A stretch of 64,000 bases of DNA from Heterodontus francisci (Eukaryota). The position numbers and the translations under genes were made by a program. The DNA lies in contig NC_090371.1 of NCBI RefSeq assembly GCF_036365525.1, positions 16,369,422 to 16,433,421 of the forward strand, given 5' to 3'. A model generated the notes under the pieces. The model saw only the letters and a program-made list of their open reading frames with translations. It was not told the DNA's origin and ran no database searches. Below are positions 22,660 to 37,600 of this stretch, one piece after another (position 1 is the stretch's first letter; each line of letters opens with the position of its first letter).

Positions 22660-25600
22660 CAGCAGAGACTTCCCACTTGGCAGGGACTTCCCGCCTGGCA
22701 GAGTCTTCCTGCCTGGCAGAGACTTCCCGCTCGGCTGAGACTTCCCGCTCGGCTGAGACTTACCGCTCGGCTGAGACTTCCCGCCTGGCAAAGAGAACCC
22801 ACCCAGCAGAGACTTCCCACCCAGCAGAGACTTCCCAAGAGGCAGAGACATCCCGGCTGGCAAAGACAACCCACCGAGCAGGGACTTCCTGACTGGCAGA
22901 GACTTCCCACCCGGCAGAGACTTCCCACCAGGCAGAGACTTCCCAACAGGCAGAGACTTCCCGCCTGGCAAAGACATCCCCTCCAGCAGAGACTTCCCGC
23001 CCAGCAGAGACTTCCTGCCCAGCAGAGTCTTCCCACTCGGCAGAGACTTCCCACTAGGCAGGGACTTCCCGCCCAGTAGAGACTTCCCACTCGGCGGAGA
23101 CTTCCCACCCAGCATAGACTTCCCACTCGGCAGAGACTTCCCACCTGGCAGAGTCTTCCCGCCTGGCAGAGTCTTCCCGCCTGGCAGAGACATCCCACTC
23201 GGCAGAGACTTCCCGCCCAGCAGAGACTTCCCACCCAGCATAGACTTCCCATTCGGCAGGGACTTCCCACCCAGCAGAGATTTCCCACTCGGCAGAGACT
23301 TCCCACTTGGCAGGTACTTCCCACCCAGCAGAGACTTCCCACTCGGCAGAGACTTCCCACTCGGCAGGGTCTTCCCACCCAGCAGAGATTTCCCACTCGG
23401 CAGAAATTTCCCACTCGGCAAAGACTTTCCACTTGGCAGGGACTTCCCGCCGAGCAGAGACTTCCCACCAGGCAGACTTCCCACTCGGCAGAGACTTCCC
23501 ACTCGGCAGAGACTTCCCACTCGGCAGAGATTTCCCACTCAGCAGAGACTTCCCACTCGGCAGAGACTTCCCGCCTGGCAGTGTCTTTCCGCCTGGCAGA
23601 GACTTCCCACTCGGCAGAGACTTCCCGCTCGGCTGAGACTTACCTCTCGGCAGAGACTTCCCGCTCGGCTGAGACTTCCCACCTGGCAGAGTCTCTCCGC
23701 CTGGCAGAGGCTTCCCGCTCGGCAGAGACTTCCCACTCAGCAGAGACATCCCACTCGGCAGAGACTTCCCACCCAGCATAGACTTCCCACTCGGCAGAGA
23801 CTTCCCACCTGGCAGAGTCTTCCCGCCTCGCAGAGTCTTCCCGCCTGGCAGAGACATCCCACTCGGCAGAGACGTCCCGCCCAGCAGAGACTTCCCACCC
23901 AGCATAGACTTCCAATTCGGAAGGGCCTTCCCACCCAGCAGAGATTTCCCACTCGGCAGAGACTTCCCACGAGGCAGGGACTTCCCACCCAGCAGTGATT
24001 TCCTGCCTGGCAGAGAATTCCCACTCGGCAGAGACTTCCCACTAGGCAGAGACTTCCCGCCCGGCAGAGACTTCCTGCTCGGCAGAGACTTCCCACTCGG
24101 CAGAGACTTCCTGCTCGGCAGAGACTTCCCGCTCGGCAGAGACTTCCCTACATGCAGGGACTTCCCACTCGGCTGAGACTTACCGCTCGGCTGAGACTTC
24201 CCACCTGGCAGAGACTTCCCGCCTGGCAAAGAGAACCCACCCAGCAGAGACTTCCCACCCAGCAGAGACTTCCCAAGAGGCAGAGACATCCCGGCTGGCA
24301 AAGACAACCCACCAAGCAGGGACTTCCTGACTGGCAGAGACTTCCCACCCGGCAGAGACTTCCCACCAGGCAGAGACTTCCAACAGGCAGAGACTTCCCG
24401 CCTGGCAAAGACATCCCCTCCAGCAGAGACTTCCCGCCCAGCAGAGACTCCCCGCCCAGCAGAGACTCCCCACTCAGCAGAGACTCCATACCCGGCAGAG
24501 ACTCCCCGATCAGCAGAGACTCCCTGCCCAGCCGAGGCTTCCCGCTCGGCAGAGCCTCCCCACACAGGCAGAGACTCCCCGCTCAGCAGAGACTCCCCGC
24601 CCAGCAGAGAATTCCTGCCCAGCAGAGACTTCCCGCTCAGCAGAGACTTCCCGCCCAGCAGAGACACCCTGCCCAGCTGAGGCTTCCCGCTCGGCAGAGA
24701 CTCCACGCACAGCAGAGACTCCCCGCCCAGCAGAGAATTCCTGCCCAGCAGAGACTTCCCGCTCAGCAGAGACTTCCCGCCCAACGGAGACTTCCCACTC
24801 GGCAGTGATTTCCCGCCCAGCAGAGACTTCCCAATTGGCAGAGACTTCCCGCTCGGCAGAGACTTCCCACCCAGCAGAGACTTCCCACTCGGCAGAGACT
24901 TCCCGCTCGGCGGAGACTTCCCACTATGCAGAGTCTTCCCGCCTGGCAGAGTATTCCCACTCGGCAGGCACTTCCCTCCTGGCAGGGACTCCTCGCCCAG
25001 CAGAGATTTCCTGCCTGGCAGGGACTTCCCACTCGGCAGATACTTCCCACCAGGCAGGGAATTCCCGCCCAGCAGAGACTTCCCACTTGGCAGGGACTTC
25101 CCGCCTGGCAGAGACCTCCTACCCAGCAGGGACCTCCCGACTGGCAGAGACTTCCCACCTGGCAGAGACTTCTCACCAGGCAGAGACTTCCCAACAGGCA
25201 GAGACTTCCCGCGTGGCAAAGACATCCCCTCCAGCAGAGACTTCCCGCCCAGCAGAGACTCCCCGCCCAGCAGAGACTCCGCACTCAGCAGAGACTCCAT
25301 ACCCGGCAGAGACTCCCCGATCAGCAGAGACTCCCTGCCCAGCAGAGGCTTCCCGCTCGGCAGGGACTCCCCACGCAGGCTGTGAGTCCCCGCTCAGCAG
25401 TGACTCCCTGCCCAGCAGAGGCTTCCCGCTCGGAAGACACGCCCTACCCGGCAGAGGCTTCCTGCTCGGCCGAGACTCCCCGCCCAGCAGAGACTCCTTG
25501 CGCAGCAGAGAATTCCTACCCAGCAGAGACTTCCCGCTCAGCAGAGACTTCCCGCCCAACGGAGACCTCCCACTCGGCACGGACTTCCCACACAGCAGAG

Positions 25601-28600
25601 ACTTCCCACCAGGGAGGGACTTCCCACTCGGCAGGGACTTCCCACTCGGCAGAGACTTCCCACCTAGCAGAGATTTCCCACTCGGCAGAGTCTTCCCACC
25701 AGGCAGATTTCCCACTCAGCAGGGACTTCCCACTCGGCAGAGACTTCCCACCCAGCAGAGATTTCCAGCCTGGCAGAGAATTCCCACTCGGCAGAGACTT
25801 CCCGCCCAGCAGAGACTTCCCACTCGGCAGGGACTTCCCACTCGGCAGAGACTTCCTGCTCGGCAGAGACTTCGTGCTCGGCAGAGACTTCCCTGCAGGC
25901 AGGGACTTACCACTCGGCAGAGACTTCCCACTCGGCAGAGATTTCCCGCTCAGCTGGTACTTCCCACTCGGCAGAGATTTCCCACCCAGCAGAGATTTCC
26001 TGCCTGGCGGAGAATTCCCACTCGGCAGAGACTTCCCACCAGGCAGAGAATTCCCGCCCAGCAGACACTTCCCACTCGGCAGGCACTTCCCTCCTGGCAG
26101 GGACTCCTCACCCAGCAGAGATTTCCTGCCTGGCAGAGACTTCCCTCTCGGCACAGACTTCCCACTTGGCGGGGACTTCCCACTCGGCAGAGACTTCCCA
26201 CTCGGCAGGGAATTCCTGCCCAGCAGAGACTTCCCACTTGGCAGGGACTTCCCGCCTGGCAGAGTCTTCCTGCCTGGCAGAGACTTCCCGCTCGGCTGAG
26301 ACTTCCCGCTCGGCTGAGACTTCCCACCTGGCAGAGACTTCCCGCCTGGCAAAGAGAACCCACCCAGCAGAGACTTTCCACCCAGCAGAGACTTCCCAAC
26401 AGGCAGAGACATCCCGGCTGGCAAAGACAACCCTCCCAGCAGAGACTTCCCAACAGGCAGAGACTTCCCGCGTGGCAAAGACATCCCCTCCAGCAGAGAC
26501 TTCCCACCCAGCAGAGACTCCCCGCCCAGCAGAGACTCCGCACTCAGCAGAGACTCCATACCCGGCAGAGACTCCCCGATCAGCGGAGACTCCCTGCCCA
26601 GCAGAGGCTTCCCGCTCGGCAGGGACTCCCCACGCAGGCTGTGAGTCCCCGCTCAGCAGTGACTCCCTGCCCAGCAGAGGCTTCCCATTCGGAAGACACG
26701 CCCTACCCGGCAGAGGCTTGCTGCTCGGCAGAGACTCCCCGCCCAGCAGAGACTCCTTGCGCAGCAGAGAATTCCTGCCCAGCAGAGACTTCCCGCTCAG
26801 CAGAGACTTCCCGCCCAATGGAGACCTCCCACTCGGCACGGACTTCCCACACAGCAGAGACTTCCCACCAGGCAGGGACTTCCCACTCGGCAGGGATGTC
26901 CCACTCGGCAGAGACTTCCCACCTAGCAGAGATTTCCCACTCGGCAGAGTCTTCCCACCAGGCAGATTTCCCACTCAGCAGGGACTTCCCACTCGGCAGA
27001 GACTTCCCACCCAGCAGAGATTTCCAGCCTGGCAGAGAATTCCCACTCGGCAGAGACTTCCCGCCCAGCAGAGACTTCCCACTCGGCAGGGACTTCCCAC
27101 TCGGCAGAGACTTCCTGCTCGGCAGAGACTTCCCGCTCGGCAGAGACTTCCCTGCAGGCAGAGACTTCCCACTCGGCAGAGATTTCCCGCTCAGCTGGTA
27201 CTTCCCACTCGGCAGAGATTTCCCACACAGCAGAGACTTCCCACTCGGCAGAGACTTCCCACTCGGCAGAGACTTCCCACTCGGCAGAGACTTCCCACCC
27301 AGCAGAGATTTCCTGCCTGGCGGAGAATTCCCACTCGGCAGAGACTTCCCACCAGGCAGAGAATTCCTGCCCAGCAGACACTTCCCACTCGGCAGGCACT
27401 TCCCTCCTGGCAGGGACTCCTCACCCAGCAGAGATTTCCTGCCTGGCAGAGACTTCCCTCTCGGCACAGACTTCCCACTTGGCGGGGACTTCCCACTCGG
27501 CAGAGACTTCCCACTCGGCAGGGAATTCCTGCCCAGCAGAGACTTCCCACTTGGCAGGGACTTCCCGCCTGGCAGAGTCTTCCTGCCTGGCAGAGACTTC
27601 CCGCTCGGCTGAGACTTCCCGCTCGGCTGAGACTTCCCACCTGGCAGAGACTTCCCGCCTGGCAAAGAGAACCCACCCAGCAGAGACTTTCCACCCAGCA
27701 GAGACTTCCCAACAGGCAGAGACATCCCGGCTGGCAAAGACAACCCTCCCAGCAGAGACTTCCCACCAGGCAGAGACCTGCTACCCAGCAGCGACTTCCC
27801 GACTGGCAGAGACTTCCCACCCGGCAGAGACTTCCCACCAGGCAGCGACTTCCCAACAGGCAGAGACTTCCCGCCTGGCAATGACATCCCCTCCAGCAGA
27901 GACTTCCCGCCCAGCAGAGACTCCCCGCCCAGCAGAGGCTTCCCGCTCGGCAGAGCCTCCCCACACAGGCAGAGACTCCCCGCTCAGCAGAGACTCCCTG
28001 CCCAGCTGAGGCTTCCCGCTCGGCAGAGCCTCCCCACACAGGCAGAGACTCCCCGCTCAGCAGAGACTCCCTGCCCAGCTGAGGCTTCCCGCTCGGCAGA
28101 GACTCCACGTCCAGCAGAGACTCCCCGCCCAGCAGAGAATTCCTGCCCAGCAGAGACTTCCCGCTCAGCAGAGACTTCCCGCCCAACGGACAATTCCCAC
28201 TCGGCAGTGATTTCCCGCCCAGCAGAGACTTCCCACTGGGCAGAGACGTCCCGCTCGGCAGAGACCTCCCACTCGGCAGAGACTTCCCACTCGGCAGAGA
28301 CTTCCCACCCAGCAGAGATTTCCTGCCTGGCGGAGAATTCCCACTCAGCAGAGACCTCCCACCAGGCAGAGCATTCCCGCCCAGCAGACACTTCCCACTC
28401 GGCAGGGACTTCCCACTCGGCAGAGACTTCCTGCTCGGCAGAGACTTCCCACTCGGCAGGGACTTCCCACTCGGCAGAGACTTCCCACCCAGCAGTGATT
28501 TCCTGCCTGGCGGAGAATTCCCACTCGGCAGAGACTTCCCACCAGGCAGAGAATTCCCGCCCAGCAGACACTTCGCACTCGGCAGAGACTTCCCACTCGG

Positions 28601-31600
28601 CAGAGACTTCCCGCTCGGCAGAGACTTCCCACTCGGCAGAGACTTCCCGCTCGGCAGAGACTTCCCACTCGGAAGAGATTTCCCGCTCGGCAGAGACTTC
28701 CCACTCGGCAGAGACTTCCCGCTCGGCAGAGACTTCCCACCCAGCAGAGAATTCCCACTCGGCAGAGATTTCCCGCTCGGCAGAGACTTCCCACTCGGCA
28801 GAGACTTCCTGCTCGGCAGAGACTTCCCACTAAACAGAGATTTCCCTCTCGGTAGAGACTTCCCACTCGGCAGAAACTTCCCGCTCGGCAGAGACTTCCC
28901 ACTCGGCAGAGATTTCCCGCTCGGCAGAGACTTCCCGCTCGGCAGAGACTTCCCACTAAACAGAGATTTCCCTCTCGGTAGAGACTTCCCACTCGGCAGA
29001 AACTTCCCGCTCGGCAGAGACCTCCCACCCAGCAGAGACTTCCCACTCGGCAGAGATTTCCCACTCGGCAGAGACTTCCCGCTCGGCACTGACTTCCCAC
29101 TTGGCAGAGGCCTCCTGCCCAGCAGGGACTTCCCAACTGGCAGAGACTTTCCACCAGGCAGAGACTTCCCACCCGTCAGAGACTTCCCAACAGGCAGAGA
29201 CTTCCTACTCGGCAGTGACGTCCCGCCTGGCAGAGACTCCCCACACAGGCAGAGACTCCCCACTCAGCAGAGACTCCCTGCCCAGCAGAGGCTTCCCGCT
29301 CGGCAGAGCCTCCCCACACAGGCAGAGACTCCCACACAGGCAGAGACGCCCCGCTCAACAGAGACCCCCTGCCCATCAGAGGCTTCCCGCTCGGCAGAGC
29401 CTCCCCACACAGGCAGAGACTCCCCACACAGGCAGAGACTCCCCGCTCAACAGAGACTCCCTGCCCAGCAGAGGCTTTCCGCTCGGCAGAGCCTCCCCAC
29501 ACAGGCAGAGACTCCCCACTCAGCAGAGACTCCCTGTCCAGCTGGGACTTCCCGCTCGGCAGAGACTCCCCGCCCAGCAGAGACTCCCCGCCCAGCAGAG
29601 AATTCCTGCCCAGCAGAGACATCCCGCTCAGCAGAGACTTCCCGCCCAACGGACACCTCCCACTCGGCACGGACTTCCCACACAGCAGAGACTTCCCACT
29701 CGGCAGAGACTTCCCACTCGGCAGAGACTTCCCACCCAGCAGAGATTTCCTGCCTGGCGGAGAATTCCCACTCGGCAGAGACTTCCCGCCCAGCAGACAC
29801 TTCCCACTCGGAAGGGACTTCCCACTCGGCAGAGACTTCCCGCTCAGCTGAGACTTCCCACTCGGCAGAGTCTTCCCGCCTGGCAGAGACTTCCCACTCG
29901 GCAGAGACTTCCCACTAGGCAGAGTCTTCCCGCCTGGCAGAGACTTCCCACTCGGCAGGCACTTCCCTCCTGGCAGGGACTCCTCACCCAGCAGAGATTT
30001 CCTGCCTGGCAGAGACTTCCCTCTCGGCACAGACTTCCCACTTGGCGGGGACTTCCCACTCGGCAGAGACATCCCACTAGGCAGGGAATTCCCGCACAGC
30101 AGAGACTTCCCACCTGGCAGGGACTTCCCGCCTGGCAGAGTCTTCCTGCCTGGCAGAGACTTCCCGCTCGGCTGAGACTTCCCGCTCGGCTGAGACTTAC
30201 CGCTCGGCTGAGACTTCCCACCTGGTAGAGACTTCCCAAGAGGCAGAGACATCCCGGCTGGCAAAGACAACCCACCAAGCAGGGACTTCCCGCCTGGCAA
30301 AGAGAACCCACCCAGCAGAGACTTCCCACCCGGCAGAGACTTCCCAAGAGGCAGAGACATCCCGGCTGGCAAAGACAACCCACCCAGCAGAGACCTCCCA
30401 CCCGGCAGAGACTTCCCACCAGGCAGAGACTTCCCAACAGGCAGAGACTTCCCGCCTGGCAAAGACATCCCCTCCAGCAGAGACTTCCCGCCCAGCAGAG
30501 ACTCCCCGCCCAGCAGAGACTCCCCACTCAGCAGAGACTCCCCGATCAGCAGAGACTCCCTGCCCAGCCGAGGCTTCCCGCTCGGCAGAGCCTCCCCACA
30601 CAGGCAGAGACTCCCCGCTCAGCAGAGACACCCTGCCCAGCTGAGGCTTCCCGCTCGTCAGAGACTCCACGCACAGCAGAGACTCCCCACTCAGCAGAGA
30701 CTCCATACCCGGCAGAGACTTCCCGATCAGCAGAGACTCCCTGCCCAGCCGAGGCTTCCCGCTCGGCAGAGCCTCCCCACACAGGCAGAGACTTCCCGAT
30801 CAGCAGAGACTCCCTGCCCAGCCGAGGCTTCCCGCTCGGCAGAGCCTCCCCACACAGGCAGAGACTCCCCGCTCAGCAGAGACTCCCTGCCCAGCTGAGG
30901 CTTCCCGCTCGTCAGAGACTCCACGCACAGCAGAGACTCCCCGCCCAGCAGAGAATTCCTGCCCAGCACAGACTTCCCGCTCAGCAGAGACTTCCTGCCC
31001 AACGGAGACTTCCCACTCGGCAGTGATTTCCCGCCCAGCAGAGACTTCCCAATTGGCAGAGACGTCCCGCTCGGCAGAGACCTCCCGCTCGGCAGAGACC
31101 TCCCACTCGGCACAGACTTCCCACTCGGCAGAGACTTCCCACTCGGCAGGGACTTCCCGCTCGGCAGAGACTTCCCACTCGGCAGAGACTTCCCTCTCGG
31201 CAGTGACTTCCCACCCAGCAGAGACTTCCCACTCGGCAGAGACTTCCCACTCGGCAGAGACTTCCCGCTCGGCAGGTACTTCACACTCAGCAGAGACTTC
31301 CCACTTGGCAGGGACTTCCCGCCTGGCAGAGTCTTCCTGCCTGGCAGAGACTTCCCGCTCGGCTGAGACTTCCCGCTCGGCTGAGACTTCCCGCCTGGCA
31401 AAGAGAACCCACCCAGCAGAGACTTCCCACCCAGCAGAGACTTCCCAAGAGGCAGAGACATCCCGGCTGGCAAAGACAACCCACCAAGCAGGGACTTCCT
31501 GACTGGCAGAGACTTCCCACCCGGCAGAGACTTCCCACCAGGCAGAGACTTCCCAACAGGCAGAGACTTCCCGCCCAGCAGAGATTTCCCACTCGGCAGA

Positions 31601-34600
31601 GACTTCCCACTTGGCAGGTACTTCCCACCCAGCAGAGACTTCCCACTCGGCAGAGACTTCCCACTCGGCAGGGTCTTCCCACCCAGCAGAGATTTCCCAC
31701 TCGGCAGAAATTTCCCACTCGGCAAAGACTTTCCACTTGGCAGGGACTTCCCGCCGAGCAGAGACTTCCCACCAGGCAGACTTCCCACTCGGCAGAGACT
31801 TCCCACTCGGCAGAGACTTCCCACTCGGCAGAGATTTCCCACTCAGCAGAGACTTCCCACTCGGCAGAGACTTCCCGCCTGGCAGTGTCTTTCCGCCTGG
31901 CAGAGACTTCCCACTCGGCAGAGACTTCCCGCTCGGCTGAGACTTACCTCTCGGCAGAGACTTCCCGCTCGGCTGAGACTTCCCACCTGGCAGAGTCTCT
32001 CCGCCTGGCAGAGGCTTCCCACTCAGCAGAGACATCCCACTCGGCAGAGACTTCCCACCCAGCATAGACTTCCCACTCGGCAGAGACTTCCCACCTGGCA
32101 GAGTCTTCCCGCCTCGCAGAGTCTTCCCGCCTGGCAGAGACATCCCACTCGGCAGAGACGTCCCGCCCAGCAGAGACTTCCCACCCAGCATAGACTTCCA
32201 ATTCGGAAGGGCCTTCCCACCCAGCAGAGATTTCCCACTCGGCAGAGACTTCCCACCAGGCAGAGACTTCCCAACAGGCAGAGACTTCCCGCCTGGCAAA
32301 GACATCCCCTCCAGCAGAGACTTCCCGCCCAGCAGAGACTCCCCGCCCAGCAGAGACTCCCCACTCAGCAGAGACTCCATACCCGGCAGAGAATCCCCGA
32401 TCAGCAGAGACTCCCTGCCCAGCCGAGGCTTCCCGCTCGGCAGAGCCTCCCCACACAGGCAGAGACTCCCCGCTCAGCAGAGACTCCCTGCCCAGCTGAG
32501 GCTTCCCGCTCGTCAGAGACTCCACGCACAGCAGAGACTCCCCGCCCAGCAGAGAATTCCTGCCCAGCACAGACTTCCCGCTCAGCAGAGACTTCCTGCC
32601 CAACGGAGACTTCCCACTCGGCAGTGATTTCCCGCCCAGCAGAGACTTCCCAATTGGCAGAGACGTCCCGCTCGGCAGAGACCTCCCACTCGGCACAGAC
32701 TTCCCACTCGGCAGAGACTTCCTGCTCGGCAGAGACTTCCCACTCGGCAGGGACTTCCCACTCGGCAGTGACTTCCCACCCAGCAGAGACTTCCCACTCG
32801 GCAGAGACTTCCCACTCGGCAGAGACTTCCCGCTCGGCAGGTACTTCACACTCAGCAGAGACTTCCCACTTGGCAGGGACTTCCCGCCTGGCAGAGTCTT
32901 CCTGCCTGGCAGAGACTTCCCGCTCGGCTGAGACTTCCCGCTCGGCTGAGACTTACCGCTCGGCTGAGACTTCCCGCCTGGCAAAGAGAACCCACCCAGC
33001 AGAGACTTCCCACCCAGCAGAGACTTCCCAAGAGGCAGAGACATCCCGGCTGGCAAAGACAACCCACCGAGCAGGGACTTCCTGACTGGCAGAGACTTCC
33101 CACCCGGCAGAGACTTCCCACCAGGCAGAGACTTCCCAACAGGCAGAGACTTCCCGCCTGGCAAAGACATCCCCTCCAGCAGAGACTTCCCGCCCAGCAG
33201 AGACTTCCTGCCCAGCAGAGTCTTCCCACTCGGCAGAGACTTCCCACTAGGCAGGGACTTCCCGCCCAGTAGAGACTTCCCACTCGGCGGAGACTTCCCA
33301 CCCAGCATAGACTTCCCACTCGGCAGAGACTTCCCACCTGGCAGAGTCTTCCCGCCTGGCAGAGTCTTCCCGCCTGGCAGAGACATCCCACTCGGCAGAG
33401 ACTTCCCGCCCAGCAGAGACTTCCCACCCAGCATAGACTTCCCATTCGGCAGGGACTTCCCACCCAGCAGAGATTTCCCACTCGGCAGAGACTTCCCACT
33501 TGGCAGGTACTTCCCACCCAGCAGAGACTTCCCACTCGGCAGAGACTTCCCACTCGGCAGGGTCTTCCCACCCAGCAGAGATTTCCCACTCGGCAGAAAT
33601 TTCCCACTCGGCAAAGACTTTCCACTTGGCAGGGACTTCCCGCCGAGCAGAGACTTCCCACCAGGCAGACTTCCCACTCGGCAGAGACTTCCCACTCGGC
33701 AGAGACTTCCCACTCGGCAGAGATTTCCCACTCAGCAGAGACTTCCCACTCGGCAGAGACTTCCCGCTCGGCTGAGACTTACCTCTCGGCAGAGACTTCC
33801 CGCTCGGCTGAGACTTCCCACCTGGCAGAGTCTCTCCGCCTGGCAGAGGCTTCCCGCTCGGCAGAGACTTCCCACTCAGCAGAGACATCCCACTCGGCAG
33901 AGACTTCCCACCCAGCATAGACTTCCCACTCGGCAGAGACTTCCCGCCTCGCAGAGTCTTCCCGCCTGGCAGAGACATCCCACTCGGCAGAGACGTCCCG
34001 CCCAGCAGAGACTTCCCACCCAGCATAGACTTCCAATTCGGAAGGGCCTTCCCACCCAGCAGAGATTTCCCACTCGGCAGAGACTTCCCACGAGGCAGGG
34101 ACTTCCCACCCAGCAGTGATTTCCTGCCTGGCAGAGAATTCCCACTCGGCAGAGACTTCCTGCTCGGCAGAGACTTCCCGCCCGGCAGAGACTTCCTGCT
34201 CGGCAGAGACTTCCCACTCGGCAGAGACTTCCTGCTCGGCAGAGACTTCCCGCTCGGCAGAGACTTCCCTACAGGCAGGGACTTCCCACTCGGCTGAGAC
34301 TTACCGCTCGGCTGAGACTTCCCACCTGGCAGAGACTTCCCGCCTGGCAAAGAGAACCCACCCAGCAGAGACTTCCCACCCAGCAGAGACTTCCCAAGAG
34401 GCAGAGACTTCCCACCAGGCAGAGACTTCCAACAGGCAGAGACTTCCCGCCTGGCAAAGACATCCCCTCCAGCAGAGACTTCCCGCCCAGCAGAGACTCC
34501 CCGCCCAGCAGAGACTCCCCACTCAGCAGAGACTCCATACCCGGCAGAGACTCCCCGATCAGCAGAGACTCCCTGCCCAGCCGAGGCTTCCCGCTCGGCA

Positions 34601-37600
34601 GAGCCTCCCCACACAGGCAGAGACTCCCCGCTCAGCAGAGACACCCTGCCCAGCTGAGGCTTCCCGCTCGGCAGATACTCCACGCACAGCAGAGACTCCC
34701 CGCCCAGCAGAGAATTCCTGCCCAGCAGAGACTTCCCGCTCAGCAGAGACTTCCCGCCCAACGGAGACTTCCCACTCGGCAGTGATTTCCCGCCCAGCAG
34801 AGACTTCCCAATTGGCAGAGACTTCCCGCTCGGCAGAGACTTCCCACCCAGCAGAGACTTCCCACTCGGCAGAGACTTCCCGCTCGGCGGAGACTTCCCA
34901 CTATGCAGAGTCTTCCCGCCTGGCAGAGTATTCCCACTCGGCAGGCACTTCCCTCCTGGCAGGGACTCCTCGCCCAGCAGAGATTTCCTGCCTGGCAGGG
35001 ACTTCCCACTCGGCAGATACTTCCCACCAGGCAGGGAATTCCCGCCCAGCAGAGACTTCCCACTTGGCAGGGACTTCCCGCCTGGCAGAGACCTCCTACC
35101 CAGCAGGGACCTCCCGACTGGCAGAGACTTCCCACCTGGCAGAGACTTCTCACCAGGCAGAGACTTCCCAACAGGCAGAGACTTCCCGCGTGGCAAAGAC
35201 ATCCCCTCCAGCAGAGACTTCCCGCCCAGCAGAGACTCCCCGCCCAGCAGAGACTCCGCACTCAGCAGAGACTCCATACCCGGCAGAGACTCCCCGATCA
35301 GCAGAGACTCCCTGCCCAGCAGAGGCTTCCCGCTCGGCAGGGACTCCCCACGCAGGCTGTGAGTCCCCGCTCAGCAGTGACTCCCTGCCCAGCAGAGGCT
35401 TCCCGCTCGGAAGACACGCCCTACCCGGCAGAGGCTTCCTGCTCGGCCGAGACTCCCCGCCCAGCAGAGACTCCTTGCGCAGCAGAGAATTCCTACCCAG
35501 CAGAGACTTCCCGCTCAGCAGAGACTTCCCGCCCAACGGAGACCTCCCACTCGGCACGGACTTCCCACACAGCAGAGACTTCCCACCAGGGAGGGACTTC
35601 CCACTCGGCAGGGACTTCCCACTCGGCAGAGACTTCCCACCTAGCAGAGATTTCCCACTCGGCAGAGTCTTCCCACCAGGCAGATTTCCCACTCAGCAGG
35701 GACTTCCCACTCGGCAGAGACTTCCCACCCAGCAGAGATTTCCAGCCTGGCAGAGAATTCCCACTCGGCAGAGACTTCCCGCCCAGCAGAGACTTCCCAC
35801 TCGGCAGGGACTTCCCACTCGGCAGAGACTTCCTGCTCGGCAGAGACTTCGTGCTCGGCAGAGACTTCCCTGCAGGCAGGGACTTACCACTCGGCAGAGA
35901 CTTCCCACTCGGCAGAGATTTCCCGCTCAGCTGGTACTTCCCACTCGGCAGAGATTTCCCACACAGCAGAGACTTCCCACTCGGCAGAGACTTCCCGCTC
36001 AGCTGGTACTTCCCACTCGGCAGAGATTTCCCACACAGCAGAGACTTCCCACTCGGCAGAGACTTCCCACTCGGCAGAGACTTCCCACTCGGCAGAGATT
36101 TCCCACACAGCAGAGACTTCCCACTCGGCAGAGACTTCCCACTCGGCAGAGATTTCCCACACAGCAGAGACTTCCCACTCGGCAGAGACTTCCCACTCGG
36201 CAGAGACTTCCCACCCAGCAGAGATTTCCTGCCTGGCGGAGAATTCCCACTCGGCAGAGACTTCCCACCAGGCAGAGAATTCCCGCCCAGCAGACACTTC
36301 CCACTCGGCAGGCACTTCCCTCCTGGCAGGGACTCCTCACCCAGCAGAGATTTCCTGCCTGGCAGAGACTTCCCTCTCGGCACAGACTTCCCACTTGGCG
36401 GGGACTTCCCACTCGGCAGAGACTTCCCACTCGGCAGGGAATTCCTGCCCAGCAGAGACTTCCCACTTGGCAGGGACTTCCCGCCTGGCAGAGTCTTCCT
36501 GCCTGGCAGAGACTTCCCGCTCGGCTGAGACTTCCCGCTCGGCTGAGACTTCCCACCTGGCAGAGACTTCCCGCCTGGCAAAGAGAACCCACCCAGCAGA
36601 GACTTTCCACCCAGCAGAGACTTCCCAACAGGCAGAGACATCCCGGCTGGCAAAGACAACCCTCCCAGCAGAGACTTCCCAACAGGCAGAGACTTCCCGC
36701 GTGGCAAAGACATCCCCTCCAGCAGAGACTTCCCACCCAGCAGAGACTCCCCGCCCAGCAGAGACTCCGCACTCAGCAGAGACTCCATACCCGGCAGAGA
36801 CTCCCCGATCAGCGGAGACTCCCTGCCCAGCAGAGGCTTCCCGCTCGGCAGGGACTCCCCACGCAGGCTGTGAGTCCCCGCTCAGCAGTGACTCCCTGCC
36901 CAGCAGAGGCTTCCCATTCGGAAGACACGCCCTACCCGGCAGAGGCTTGCTGCTCGGCAGAGACTCCCCGCCCAGCAGAGACTCCTTGCGCAGCAGAGAA
37001 TTCCTGCCCAGCAGAGACTTCCCGCTCAGCAGAGACTTCCCGCCCAATGGAGACCTCCCACTCGGCAGAGACTTCCCACCCAGCAGAGATTTCCAGCCTG
37101 GCAGAGAATTCCCACTCGGCAGAGACTTCCCGCCCAGCAGAGACTTCCCACTCGGCAGGGACTTCCCACTCGGCAGAGACTTCCTGCTCGGCAGAGACTT
37201 CCCGCTCGGCAGAGACTTCCCTGCAGGCAGGGACTTACCACTCGGCAGAGACTTCCCACTCGGCAGAGATTTCCCGCTCAGCTGGTACTTCCCACTCGGC
37301 AGAGATTTCCCACTCGGCAGAGACTTCCCACCCAGCAGAGATTTCCTGCCTGGCAGAGACTTCCCACTCGGCAGAGACTTCCCACCCAGCAGAGATTTCC
37401 TGCCTGGCGGAGAATTCCCACTCGGCAGAGACTTCCCACCAGGCAGAGAATTCCTGCCCAGCAGACACTTCCCACTCGGCAGGCACTTCCCTCCTGGCAG
37501 GGACTCCTCACCCAGCAGAGATTTCCTGCCTGGCAGAGACTTCCCTCTCGGCACAGACTTCCCACTTGGCGGGGACTTCCCACTCGGCAGAGACTTCCCA

